This document shows, piece after piece, positions 1 through 13,374 of a DNA stretch of 64,000 bases. The notes beneath the pieces are model-generated. The model saw nothing but the letters and a program-made list of their open reading frames with translations. It did not search any database and had not been told where the DNA came from. The translations under genes and the position numbers were made by a program. Numbering within the stretch: position 1 is the stretch's first letter; each line of letters begins with the position of its first letter. Origin of the DNA: Saccostrea echinata (lineage: Eukaryota); contig NW_026889757.1 in NCBI RefSeq assembly GCF_033153115.1, positions 5,022,001-5,086,000 of the forward strand, read 5' to 3'.

Positions 1-57
1 AATTTAAGAATGATACTTTATTTTTCAATTTAACAAATTTCTTAAATTATATATCAG

Positions 58-3000
58 TTGGATGCACTGAAACGTACTGTTGATCGCACTGCCACTGACC
101 TAGAAGTCACAAGGTCACAAGTCTCTCAGCTGAAAAAGGATGTCCAAGAAAAAACTAACAAGTAATTAGAGATTACATGTATTTTATATCATTTTTAATA
201 TTATATATTGTATATACTTTAACGCTTGATTTATATGAATTTAATGTAATTATTTTTGCATTCAGAAATATGCTAAAAATTTTAAAACTTTTTCTAGACT
301 TCAGATGGCAAAAGATTTGAGAGAAACATTAGTAGAAAAGTTAAAAATAGCAACAGAATCCACACTGAGTGCAGAGGAACGAGCAGCTCGCATGGATGAA
401 ATGTTGGAGGAAGAAGAAAAAGTTCAGAAAGAGTATGATCAGAAACTGAAGGCACTTAGAGATCTTCAGTTCCGTAAAACCCAGGAACTTCACGAATGTA
501 AAGTATCGGAGAGAAACACAGAAGCTGAAATCCAGGTTAATTAAAGAGTAGTTAGTTAGACTGAGTTTATGTGTACCATCCCTATGAAGTTTTCTCTTAC
601 AATTGTTTTGTATTTTCTTTAAAGAACAGAAAGATGATTTTTTTCCCCCAGAAAATTTTCTGTAATAAAAGTTCTTACATAATTTCAGGGAAGTCAAGCT
701 GCTATTCGTAATCTAAACAGCAAAATATCCAAAGTGGACACAGATGCCCTCAAACAGCAGGAAATTATATACAACCAGGTACATTTTTGTTGCAAATGAA
801 GAAACTTTACAAAAGGTTAACATGATTAACAAGTTGTATGAGTAGGATTGTGGTACAGTTCATAAATCACTTGATCTTAATATAAATTGCTGGAAAGTCA
901 TGTGTTTTGTTGATATGTGAATTCTTTTTAAAAGAAAAATTATAAACACAAAGTATTTTATAAAGTGTGGCTGAGTTGAAAATTTTTATAACATTTTGCT
1001 GCTTTTTTTTCAGGACTTTGCAGTTCAACAGTTGGAAAGAAGGATCAACAGAATGCAAGGAGAAAGAAGCAATGAGGAAAAGGTTGCCCTGGAGGCCAAA
1101 ATTAAGGACCTGAATGATGATTTAGAACAGAGAAATAACACACACACACTACTGACACTGCAGCTCAAAAGACTCCAGGTTTGTTTATTTGAAAATTTTC
1201 ATATTCTGCTTTATTACCTAATTAGTATGGTAGAAGCATTAGTATTTTTTTTAATGTCAAAGATTCTTTAGAGTCAGTTGTAATGAAGTATAAGATTTGA
1301 AAAATAAATGACTTCAGTACATACAGTATTATAAGTAGTCTTTTCTTAAATTTAATTGTAAATGAACACACTTATATCAAGAAGAGAAAAAAAAACATTG
1401 CAGTTAATTCCATGGTCTGATATTTTCAGGATGACATTCGTCGTGTGAAGAGAGATCTGGAGAAGTCTGGAGCTGAGAAATGTGACCTGACGAGTAAGAT
1501 AGAGGAAATAAATCTGTACAATGACAGCTCTGAGAAAGAACTGAGGAAAATCATCAAAAACAAACAGGTCTGTTCTCAAAGTCCAAAATTTAAAATAAGA
1601 AAAGATTTTTGTATTCTAAAATAAGAAGTTCATAGGCAAGAAAGGATTCAAAAATTTTTTTTTCTTGCAGGACATGATGGTAGATCAGAATATCCTTAAA
1701 CTCGAAATCAAGAGACTAAGAGAAATGCTGAATTCCAAGGCAGATGAAGTTTTTAATCTGGAGAAGAGAAGACTACAACTGGAGACGGTAATATCACTTT
1801 ATGTTTGAAAACAAAGAGATGATACATTTTCTTGTTAGAATTTTTCTAAATTTTCAAAATATGCTTTCAATAAAATTGTAATGATGAGTATGCACAACCA
1901 AATATAATTCAAAGCTGATGGATGGGTTGAATACATTGTATTTTTTAATGGCTGAAGATTTAAGAATCTGAATTGTATGTAATTGAGCTTGTTTCTAAAG
2001 GCCATGAAAGAAAGGCGCCAGGAGATAAGTATTCATAAGGAGATGTTGGATGCACAGTACCGCGCAGCTGCAGCCGAAAGGCAGCAGATCAGTGCTGAAT
2101 TACACGAACGAATCTCAAAGATTGAAAAATTAAGAAGCAGGTCTGTTTTCTATTGTATTTGGAAGAAGGCTGTTTTAAAGCTAGCTTTGCTAGTTAAAAG
2201 GGAAACCATAAGTTGATTTTCTTACTTGTAGTCTGGTTTTGCAGAAGAATGTCATTTGGCTATGAATAATAGTTCTCCATCAAATTTAGTCAAAACTACA
2301 CAAGGTTCCCTTTCTAATGCCCACAGCTAGCATCAGGCAGCCATCTTATTTGATATTTTGGTTAAAATTGTTTATCATAATTTCCATCAGGCTATGAAAG
2401 AGAGACGACAAGAAATATTTATCCATAAAGAGATGCTAGAGGCTCAGCATCGTTCTGCGAACACAGAACGTCAACAAATAAGTGCTGAACTGCAAGAAAG
2501 AATTGCTAAGATTGATAAATTAAGGAAGAGGTTTGTCAGAGAATGGCTTAAATCCTAGCATAGCTGCATGTGTCAATCTCTCTGAAACTTCACTCAACCT
2601 TTAGTAAATCTTCTTGAACCCAAAATTCCACTCTAAACTATAACATACTAGTAAACTGTGTACATCAGCAATTTCAATTTTTTACTAAGCATTTCTCAAC
2701 TTATTTCTCTCACCCATTCCTCTTTCCTTTTACAAATGGTAGTTGAGATTAAACTTTATACTTCTGTATGGGATTTTGCAAAATAGACTTGCATGACTAA
2801 AATCCCTGTATTTTTATAACATGGAAACATCCTGTATTTTGTGTATTGAATTGCATGTCATCTCTGTTGATTCCCTCTCTCTTTCTGTAAATATGTATGT
2901 ATATCAGACTGCTAACTTATTTCTGTCTTAGTCTAGTAAAACTTATGTGAATGTATTTAGACTTTCAAAATACTTCTTGTACATGCACTAACATCTACAA

Positions 3001-5802
3001 CTTTTAGTTCTGTAATTCTGTTGTTTCAAAAGTTTTAAATTTGGTATCTATTTCAGTAGTTCTTATTTAACTTAATTAGCTTTGTTAAGATTTAAATGAG
3101 CTATATATTATCTTCATGATTATTTAAGTTATGTAAGACAATCAACAAAGTCAGGAGATGGAGATGGAGGACAGTATCAGAATTTCGTACATGTACACTT
3201 AAGTATTTGGTTTTTATGAAAGACGTACAGATATGCAATAAATAACCTGAGAAATGATCATTCAATGCTTGCCTTATCCAGATATGAAATCCTGATGGTT
3301 TCCATGGCACCACCAGAGGGAGAGGAGGAAAGATCTCAAGCCTATTATGTCATCAAGGTAAAGTATTTAGTCTCAAGTGTAGTTTTTGTGGTTTATTCCA
3401 CAGACACTTTACGTTACATATTTTTCTTATTTAAAAAAATAGAACCCAATTTCTGAAAACTTTGATTTAGGTATGCCTATGAGGTTATATTTCTTTTAAA
3501 TATGGTAAGAAAAATATGTAATGTCAACTGCCTGTGATTTATTCATTCATAAAGCTCTTGTTGAAATTTTAATTCATTTCTAACAACATGCAGTATATTT
3601 GTTAGCAAATTATCATAGTTCATTGTCAATTGGTATTTCTTGATTCTGAATATTTGATTGGGTAGGAAATTGTTTGAATATGGATATTATTGGGATCTGG
3701 ATATTGAGTGGAAGCATGTTCACATAGATATTGTTAGAATTATTATGTGTATGGATCTGAATATGGTATACATCCAGATACTTTTTTATATGAATATTAT
3801 ATGGATCTGGATGTTGTATTTAGGCTGCCCAAGAGAAGGAAGAGCTGCAGCGACAGGGAGATGATCTGGATGCTAAGATCAGAAAGGCAGAAAAAGAAAT
3901 CAGAGCCCTGGAAAACACACTTAAACTGATGAACAATCGCAATGAGACTTATAGGAAGAGCTTCAATAAAGTCACTGAATCCAGTAAATAGTTTCTATGT
4001 AGTGTAAAATCATGAAGTCTGTTTTATAATGTGTTGGAAAATTTTCACCCTGATGCTTATTTTAAATGTCTATCTTTCTCTATCATTTATTAAGTCATTG
4101 TAAAATTTTCTCATCTGTTTTGTTTACATTTGACAGATGTGTAAATTATGCAAATAGGTTTTGTATTTTTCAAATCTTTCAATATAGAAATGTATAATTT
4201 CCTTTCAATTACTTAATAATTACATGTAAGATATTGCAGTATTTATACTGTATGAGACATGTGTGATATATTTTTGGATGTTGTAGGTGATGAAATGGAG
4301 GAGAAGGCACAGCTGGAGGAACAGATGAGGGCAGTGATGGACAAGTTTAAATACAAGAGACGTCAGATCCGCGAATTACAAGAGGACTTACAGACAATGA
4401 GTAACACGCTGGACAACCTCAACAGGGATGAACAGGCATATGAAGAAATGATTGAGGAGAAAGAGGTAAGAAGTAATTCAAAAAATGACCCCTTATTAAA
4501 GGAAAAAATGTTTAAATTAAAGAGATACAGTTCAACATAGTATGCATGGCTCAGGAGCATAGAACTTAAGATATTAGAAAAAAAAAATATTAAGTATTTT
4601 TTACTTATTTTAACAGAACAAGAGGTTGCAATTGAACAAAGAGCTTGATGACCAGAGATCTAAGCTGGAAAGAGTTGCCAAGCAGGTAAATATTCTAGAA
4701 TTCTGTTTCTTACACAGGTAGGATGGGAGGTAATTCAAATAGAGTATGTTAGAGCATCTTTGTTTAGACGTGACAGTGAATGATTTTTTGTTTCTATTAC
4801 ACATTTCAGAATTCAAAGTATGCCAGAGAACTAAGATCAGCCAAGAAATCAAAAGGAGAGACAAATGAGGAGGTTTGTGTTTAATTATTCAGCAAAATAG
4901 AGTTCTTCTCATTTAAACGAAAAAATTTCTATATTTTCACATGTTAGATCTAAGTTTTGTATTATTGGTTTTGTTTTGAATGTTCTTTCAAAATTTCTTT
5001 CTACAGAAAGATTTTGATGTCCGTGAATTGCGAGAATTTAATAGACAGGCAATGCAACAGATAGGAGATGTCATACAAAAGCACCCTGACATAAGTGAAG
5101 CAGTCAACATGTATTTCTCCCAGGTTTGATTTTTTGGTCAAACTTATCAAATACAGTACATGTAGAGATCATTTTTGTAGCCATTGCATGGATGTTTAAT
5201 GAATTACTGGTAAATGCATCATCTTTGACCTAGTTTAGCATGTGATTTGGTATAATGTTCCAGGGGACATAATGACAGAAATTGAAAATCAACGTTAGAA
5301 AAATGATTTCTGATTTTTTGTATATATAGGCCAACCTACCTCCCCCGACCCCCAGTGGCCGTCAGCCAGGAAGTGCCCGTAGTAGTCTAGGGTCAGTCCG
5401 CAGTAGCTCCAGCATCAAATCTCCACCTAGTGGTAGTGGACGACCTACACCTGTACAGATCGGAGCAGACTTTGGAGGTAGACATGAATTTAGAAATCTT
5501 CTACAATAGTTATTGGAGTTCTTTTAGCATTAAAAACTTCATGGGAAAAAAAACAACTTTGAGAATTTCTAGCATCAAGTATGTTATAAAATGGTTTATC
5601 ATGTTTTTAGGGGGAAAGTAGTGGAATAAAACCTTATTTTCATTTCTGTGCAATGATAGTACATGAGGATTATGAATATGCATCAGTTAGATTTTTTTCT
5701 GATTATTTTTTAGCGGTTCGCTCCCCTGCTAGTTCACGCAGTTCCAGTTCCATGGGAAGTGTGAGGAGTTCCGGAAGCCGAGCCGGGACGGGTCGACGAT
5801 AA
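58..5802 (+). CDS. CCDC39: Coiled-coil domain-containing protein 39 (axonemal 96-nm ruler subunit); 5'-partial, ~630 C-terminal aa
   Basis: Phase-consistent GT-AG exons: 58-161, 298-535, 689-778, 1014-1178, 1430-1567, 1671-1787, [2001-2140 OR 2391-2530], 3282-3357, 3824-3983, 4287-4465, 4617-4685, 4810-4872, 5007-5123, 5330-5477, 5714-5802 (TAA). Peptides [78 protein letters not shown] recognised as CCDC39-like; Ser/Arg-rich tail; AATAAA near 5857 and 6014. Confidence 0.92.
2001..2140 (+). CDS. CCDC39: CCDC39 alternative exon A (140 nt, phase 0 to 2)
   Basis: ctaaag|GCC...AGCAG|gtctgt; encodes [46 protein letters not shown]. Confidence 0.85.
2391..2530 (+). CDS. CCDC39: CCDC39 alternative exon B (140 nt, phase 0 to 2)
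   Basis: ccatcag|GCT...AAGAG|gtttgt; encodes [46 protein letters not shown]. Confidence 0.85.
2565..2992 (+). promoter_or_regulatory. Cluster of candidate intronic splicing elements downstream of exon B
   Basis: TGCATG (Rbfox motif) at 2565, 2790 and 2852; ACTAAC (QKI/STAR motif) at 2987. Confidence 0.45.
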
Positions 5803-8413
5803 AGAACACTGTCGTCCTTATAACAAAAGTCCGTCCTGGAGAGTGACTGTGATATTAATAAACTAAATGGAAATAATTATAAATACTTTATAACTGAATG
5901 ATTTCACGGATAATGGAAAGAAAACGTATGAAAGTTGGAGAGGTAGAGAGAACAAAAGATTTCCTGTTTTTACTGTATTTTTCTGTCGTAAGTTTGCAGG
6001 TAAACTAATTCACAATAAATCTGTACATACATGTTTTTATTTTATATGTTTTACAGAAGTAAATTGTTTCATTTATTACGATTTTCTTAATCAGAATATA
6101 TTCAGGTTAAATTGAAGAATAATATACGTTTGGAATCCATGCATCAATTAAATAAGCAGAACCTGACGCAAGCTTCAGACGGCCTTGTTAATATTAACCA
6201 AGATAAAACTGTGACTCTGATGAGTTTTGGGCAGTTTCTAATAGAAAAAAAAATACTAGACACAAAAATCAATGCTTTTAAATGCCGCCAGACTTTTGTG
6301 AGAATAAAACACAAAATCCAATTAGAAAGTGATTAGGGGGACTGACAGTTTTGTGGAATTCATGGACCTTTTTTAACGGAGGGTTTTCAAATGTTGATCC
6401 AGATTATGCGATAAAGTCCTAACAAAACCCATCGCCGAGAGCACACTAGCAGGCCAATTTTACACTGGCATGAATGGCGAAAGGTGTTAGACTCGAATTC
6501 TGCTGCTCTTATTGACATGTCCTGTTCACATATTTGGAGGAAACATTCAATATAAGTCAGATTATCTCGAAAGAATTCGTTCAAGCATAGATTTAAACCT
6601 CTCCTCTATGCATCCAGTATTTATACATGTACTTCTCTGTATGCGTTGCGTGCTGGTGTTTAAATAAAATATTTGATTTTGATGTCTTTATCACTTCACA
6701 ATGGTTTGGACAAAGAATTTGTAAAGGAATACCTTTCATGAACCCAAGAAACAGAAGCGACCGAACATTAACGGACTAATACTTACAAGTGCTGGGTTTC
6801 CTCTTAATTTAGCCAGGTGAGTTTGACATGTTTAAAAGTATTTTTAAATTCTATTAGGCAAGAAGACCAAAATATTTTTCACACCTTATTTTAGTAGCAG
6901 AGGAAAGAACACCAACGAAACAAGCGTTGATATATTCATGTTAAAAAGAAGGGTAATGGAGATTAAATTTCCATATCAAGACGGGAAATGCTGAAATAAT
7001 CAGAAATAACTCCATCGGTATTTGTACAGGCAATGAATTTGAAATATAAAGTGTACCAGACATTATAACTTGTGCACGCACGTGTTGAAGAAGTATTGGC
7101 GAAATGAAATAAGTCAATATTGAGTCGAATTTTTAAAGAATTAAAAAAAATAGCTAAAGTAAATTACATGGCGTTTTGTTGAAAATATTTTGTTTGGAGG
7201 AGGAAGTTGTACACTAAAATCCTACAGGTACACGTCATATTAGTTAGAAGTGCATGAAAAAAAAATTACATAATTATATGTACGTTAACGTTATGTATGC
7301 ATTTTCTTTTCATTTACCATTAAGATATTTTTGAGTTCCAAGAAGCAAACATTATTTGCAGTCAATGATAATGTCTGTCATCTATACAATATATTTCTGA
7401 TAGTCTACAAAGATTGAACATATATTTAAACTCCCAACAAAAATGAATCTGTAAAATGTCTACAGGTGAAGGATAAAAATGAACATATTCTCTCAAAATG
7501 AATTTCTTACTTGCAAGCACTGAAAATTCTCGCTACCAAAGTGTTTTCGGTCCACTTCGCTCTCCTCACTGGAGCGAAAACTCTTTCTACAGCCGATTGT
7601 CTAATAGAAGAGAGAATCCCCCCTCCCCCTCCCCTCTCCAAAGAAATACATTTGAGTATGTTTTATTTTTTCAAAATATTTTTTGAGTCTGATTTTTTGG
7701 AGTGGGTGATAGAACCCCCCACCCCACCCCTTCTCATGAGAAATGGAAAAATTCCTAGACTCACCCTTGATTTTATTCACTCAATTACAGATATGCGTCC
7801 TAAATGTATACACGTTGTTATTTACCGAGGCATTGAAAAATATTTCACTGAAATACATGTAAAGACGACAGCAATCTCACAGTCACACATATTGTCATGT
7901 GGCTAATTTGGAGCACGGAGCACGTACTGGTCGATGGAATCCATTATTAAATTTTTATTTCAGAAAACCTAACTTTTCTGGAGACCGCTAAATCCCATCT
8001 TTCTTTAAAATGTGTTTTTTTTTAATTTAAGAAAATCTAAATTCATTAGTGGATCAAAAACAACCATGGATAATTAAGTAATTGTGCTAATCATTTATTC
8101 TATTCGTTAACAAAAGCCCCCCCCCCCCCACCCCACCCCGCGTTGGCGCGTTTTTTGTGTGTCACATTTATCTGTATTTTGTGTTTTTCCATACTGAATA
8201 CACGGATAACTTATCATGAAATGGAAATGTCTATTTACTTCTTATCATTGTTCTTTATTATAACAATAATTAATTAACCCTATAGGAAAAATAAAGTTTT
8301 GATTTGACACTTCAGTTATTAGTTACAGTGTTTATAATATTCAAAGCAAAATACAGTTCTCGAGATCCCGATTTACCGGTATTAAAACACAAAATGTCAA
8401 GTCCATAGTATAG

Positions 8414-8458
8414 ATCTCTCTCGATCTCTCTCTCTCTCTCTCTCTCGATCTCTCTCTG
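8414..8458. repeat. Interrupted (CT)n microsatellite
   Basis: tctctctcgatctctctctctctctctctctcgatctctctc. Confidence 0.85.
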
Positions 8459-11400
8459 CATTCTTATTCACGATATAGTCTTTCTGTCGTTTTTGTTTTC
8501 TTTAATAGAACAGGAAGTGCATGTATTCGCATAAAAATGACAATTCCATTTTCTTGCTTAAGGTCAGACGATACGTTCCTTAAAAATATATACATGTAAT
8601 TTTTCCCAAGAATTCGTCATTGAAGTATTTTTACTTAAAGAAGTTTCCATATACAAAATTGAGGTACCTTACCAGGCATTTGTGCAAGATGTAGGAGTAT
8701 GATATTTCTTATATAATCCTTATGGGTAATCTTTCGAATTGCTTATGTCACATTTTTGGCGTAGTTATGTTTTCAAACATATCAAAAACAATTTAGAAAT
8801 CATTAGAAATTAAAAATTATGAATAGTTTTTTTAAATAATACATGTACCTAGAAATATAAAACATATATTGGAGGAAAGTGTCATCTGACCTTAAGTGAA
8901 CACGATTCAGTTGTGTAAGATAGATGATTCCAACCGTCGTTTTTATATATAACCCAGGTAATGAGGTACATGTATAAACTTAAGTATTTGTTGTTTTGGT
9001 TGCGTTTTGTGCAGAATTTATGGAAGATTACAGTCGTGGGATACACTCATGGGAGAAGGATGTAAATTTGATTTCGTGACATACGTACGATCAATGTTGT
9101 TTGAAATCGGAACCAAACGCTCTTGTATTGTCATCATTTGGTTTTGCATAAGAAATTCTGTATTTTGTTTGTTCTACGTGTTGATTACAATAACCAAACA
9201 ACGAAATTGCTCTTTGACATGAACGTAACATGACAAGGTGACAAAGGGTTAAATGGCGACACAATTGAGTGGGTTTTAAAGATGACCGGAATCGATAAAA
9301 ACGAAATACCATCACCTCTGACGGTAAACTTATCTGACAGAATGAAATATAATATATTCGAAAGATTCGTATCAATATTTGTAATCAAGATGGGTAAACT
9401 GTTAGCTCGGAAATTAAACACAATGATTTCTCCCTATTTAGAACTGCAGGTCATTAGCATATTAATTAATTAACACAGTATGGAAACGTTAATAAAGAAA
9501 TTTCTTCTCTTTTATTTACAATACCAGGTATATGTAAACACTTTATATAGACATGCTCCCAGAATCAGTAAAAGTTAATAAGCAGAGTAATTAACGGTAA
9601 ATACTACAAAAAATCATGCGCACAAATGCAAACATACATGTAAATGAACTTATTTAATAACATCCTGCAAGGCAACGCAATTGTCAATAGAGACCAAAGC
9701 CCATTATCAATAAGGCAGATAAAATAAAACTTATGAAAAATTTAAAGTTAGTGTTCTGATTAAGTTTACCTGCATCCCATCATCGCTATAGTAAGAAGTG
9801 AGAAAGTACATGTATATGTGTTGAAATAACTATTTCATAAAAAGAGTTATGAAATATTGCTACTTTATTATTAATTCATAATACATAATATGTCGGAGGA
9901 TGAAAATGCAATTAAAGGGAGACAACCCAGACAGTGTGAACTTGTCACAGAGAATTGAATATCAATTGTCAGTAATATGGACACCACGGTAACACATATG
10001 TACTTTATACTGAAGTACGATTGTTACAAGAACTGACGTTGATTTCTTGATGTGGCCCCTGAGTGGCGATCGACTCTATAAGCTTTCAATTCCTGTGCAC
10101 GTTTGGGATCTGTTAATGACATCAATGGCTGAAAAGCATTGATCAAAAAAGCTTTCCAGATTTCAGAGTTAGACAGAAATTGATCCTTTAAAGATGTTTA
10201 GGCTCTTGTTTGTGTTTTGCCCCTGTCTTTGTGGCAAAAAATGATCAAATATTTACAACTCGTGATTTATCACAACTGTTTGGACGGGATACGCACTCGG
10301 GTGTTTTGAAGGATTGTGCACTAATAGGGAGCACTGTATGGGTGGAAATTCTGCGATAGCAGAACTAACAGTGTTCTCATTATGTACATATTTTCGGTTG
10401 ATACTATCTTTATATATTCCGAAGAGTACTCTCAGCATCAGAAAAAGAAATTGTTCGTTTGTATTGATTCTAAGAGGTAGTGTAATAATTAATTAAATCA
10501 AAATAGATATTTCAAAAAATCCTAATTACTTGAAAGTAAGACTACGCCTAAAAAAAAATCTAGGTGGCTTGGATCTTCAAAAGACCCAGATTCATGCTTA
10601 AAAAAATCAATTAACTCATTTTCACAGTATCCCAGAAAAGGCAAACATATTTTATTTCATAATTTTTTTTAACTGCATGTTTTTTTTATTTTATTTTATT
10701 TTTTTAAATATGAAATCACAGATGTTTATTCTTGTTTACAACTTTATTATATTAGCCCAACTTTTGACCTCCTATTATGATCTGGTACATGTATTGTTAT
10801 AGACCCTGAACCTGTGTGTTTTCGTATCCCATTTCAACTAACAAGAAAAATACACAGGAGCTTTTATCAAGTGTAGCTGATCTGTTTACATGACTTTAAA
10901 TTTCTTCATTTTTTTTTCATTTTTAGGGTGTGTGCTTTTTTTAAAAAAATAATTCCTTTTTCGGTATTCTTTACGATAGAGTTGCACGTCATTAACCCAC
11001 AGAGGGGTTAATCCTCAGCGAGCGTTGATCTTTCGTCATGACTTAACAGAATGTTTGAAGGAATTTGTAGCATTTGTTGTCTTAAATCTGTGTTATAACG
11101 CTTACAGAGGCGTCACAGGTAGTAACATTTTTATATACATGTAATGTCATTCTACATGCTCATAAACACTTCGCATCACAGTGGGCCATGTTCTACATCA
11201 TATTCGAAAAATATGGTTTCTGTGAGTTCGGAAACTACAGTTTGTCCCTCTGTTACTAAACAGTAAAGAATCTTTTCTTTTCAAATCTTCAAACTAATAT
11301 CTCACTTGATTATTATTAATTCTTAGTTAACTTTATCATGCTTTCTTAAATGGGGCACTACCCTCCACAAGAAGAGACCACCCCGAACCCCCACCCACCC

Positions 11401-13059
11401 CACCCCCAGTATCAAAACACGTTTGCTGCTGAGGAGAATTTTTTTTAAAAAAAAAAAATGTCACCTGTAAATATACTTCGCATTAGTCGATGAAGGGACA
11501 ATCCTGGAATGTACTGCTGCCAATCAAAATATTTTAGAGTAAAAATCCATTAACTTAAATACAATTTCAAATTTCACCTTTCATTAAAAGTTTTCTTTAA
11601 CAACAAAGTAAATGGCCCGGAGTTATTAACCATATAAAGGTCTAATTTCAGGAGTCCTTTATACACTGAAATGGAGAAGACACATCTCCCGTGTTTTGGG
11701 AAATCCTCCCCAAGGCCGGTTCAGCTACGTGTACCCGTCCACCCAACTTGGACAATGATTGATGTTCAAGGGAAGGGTTAGAAAGACATGTAATTACGTA
11801 TAATTAGATATATTCTAGGCATTCCCACATACACGAAGGTTTCCTCCCGTTCACTGGATGGACAATCCAGCATCTTTCTCTAGATCAATTTCTCAGAGGT
11901 CACAAATCTAGTAACCTGACAAGCCGTCATTAAGTGGATGCCATGGCATGTTTTGATGATTGTGAGATGTACCCTTATGACCAGGATATAGATCCATCAG
12001 CCATATTTAGCAAAGTCACTGGTACTAATTTTACATGAAGTTGTGAAAGGGGCATGAGAATTTTAAACAAGGATAATATCGTGTAAGATTTTCCCCTGGT
12101 CATATTTTATTTTTTATGTCTAATGACATTGTGAATAAGGTGGTTTAGGTTACTCAATGTCTCTCCAAATCAGCAGTGCTTTCCTTGCATTTGCTAGGCG
12201 TGAATTAATGTAAGGGGTGTACTTGTTATACGTACCAAACTTCAGTCGATTTTGCAGACTTGCAGTCATACGCTGCACTTTGAGCCCATTCAAATACATG
12301 CACATCACATAATTTTTTTTTTTTGTAAGGATGTTTAACGTTGATTATTGGTAGATTTAATATCAACCTGATTATAAAAAATATAACGTAGTCATATGAA
12401 GCATGACCAAAATATTTTGATTTTGATTAAATTCAATAAAACTAAAGATTTATGGTTAAGGGTTGTCAATATTTGATCAACTCTTTGTCATATTTACCGT
12501 AGTTGATTGTCAAAGAGACCGACATATTTATTCAATGATTGACTCCATTTGCTTTAATACAGGTACCTGTGTTAAAGTAATTACAGAAAGAAATTTCACG
12601 AAAAATGTACTGCACCTTGAAATTTTGAAATTCAATTTTCAGCTGAACATAAATTAATATTTTTTCATTTTTCCAGTGAATTATTATTTTATTCAGCAAA
12701 CTAAATCCGGGCTTACTATAAGGTGAGAAAATAGCAAGTAATTTTAGTTTTTAACACTTAGGTATATATAATTACCTGTACCAAAATGTAGAGCTGAATA
12801 TAACTGAGAATTTAAAGTCTTATCAGATCTTAACGTGTATTTTACGAACTTTTTACAAATAAGAAAAAAAAAACAGGCTTTTAACTTTTCTTAAGGACAA
12901 ACCACCCAGCTTTCTCGTCTGATTCGAGCATCCATTTAATAGACAACAAACTACTCCTTGTAAGGACGTATATATATTTATTGTACCTGTCTTCTTCAGA
13001 TTCAATTATCCCTGTCCAAATTTTCATGGTTCAGTAATATTTTTTCCACCTTACCTTTT

Positions 13060-13374
13060 CTTTCCCGTTTTCATTGTGGCAATCCTGGCCCCTGATTGGC
13101 TGTAAATCTATCGTTCAGAAGTCGTCTGCTGGCGCTTGTCATTGCAATGGACTTTATTTAGTTTTCTCTTTCAATAAAACCCCCATCAATGTTTTGCTTA
13201 TTTCGCTGTTGATTGTTTGTTTACAAGTTTTCGAGTGTTTACTGTGCGAAATGTTCTTCCTTTATCAAAAAAGCCTGTGTTATTTGCAGTCAATCGTTTG
13301 GAGTTTTTTAAAATTTTAATAAAGTGCTATCCATCCTCGGAGATAATTAACTATAACGATACACATCGGTAAGC
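13060..13374 (+). promoter_or_regulatory. Candidate promoter and non-coding first exon, possibly of the cadherin gene
   Basis: Reverse CCAAT box (ctgATTGGct, 13095-13099) in locally higher-complexity sequence, then a strong donor CG|GTAAGC at 13368/13369. The cadherin ATG exon has an acceptor at 38255, so an upstream exon is expected somewhere. Confidence 0.25.

Noticed and set aside
2001-2530. Exon pair as a haplotype or assembly duplication
   Set aside because: Synonymous sites are heavily diverged and the flanking introns are not duplicated.
3660-3820. Three loose copies of tattat..ggatctggat in a CCDC39 intron
   Set aside because: Short decayed tandem duplication with no splice sites or coherent frame; no evidence of function.
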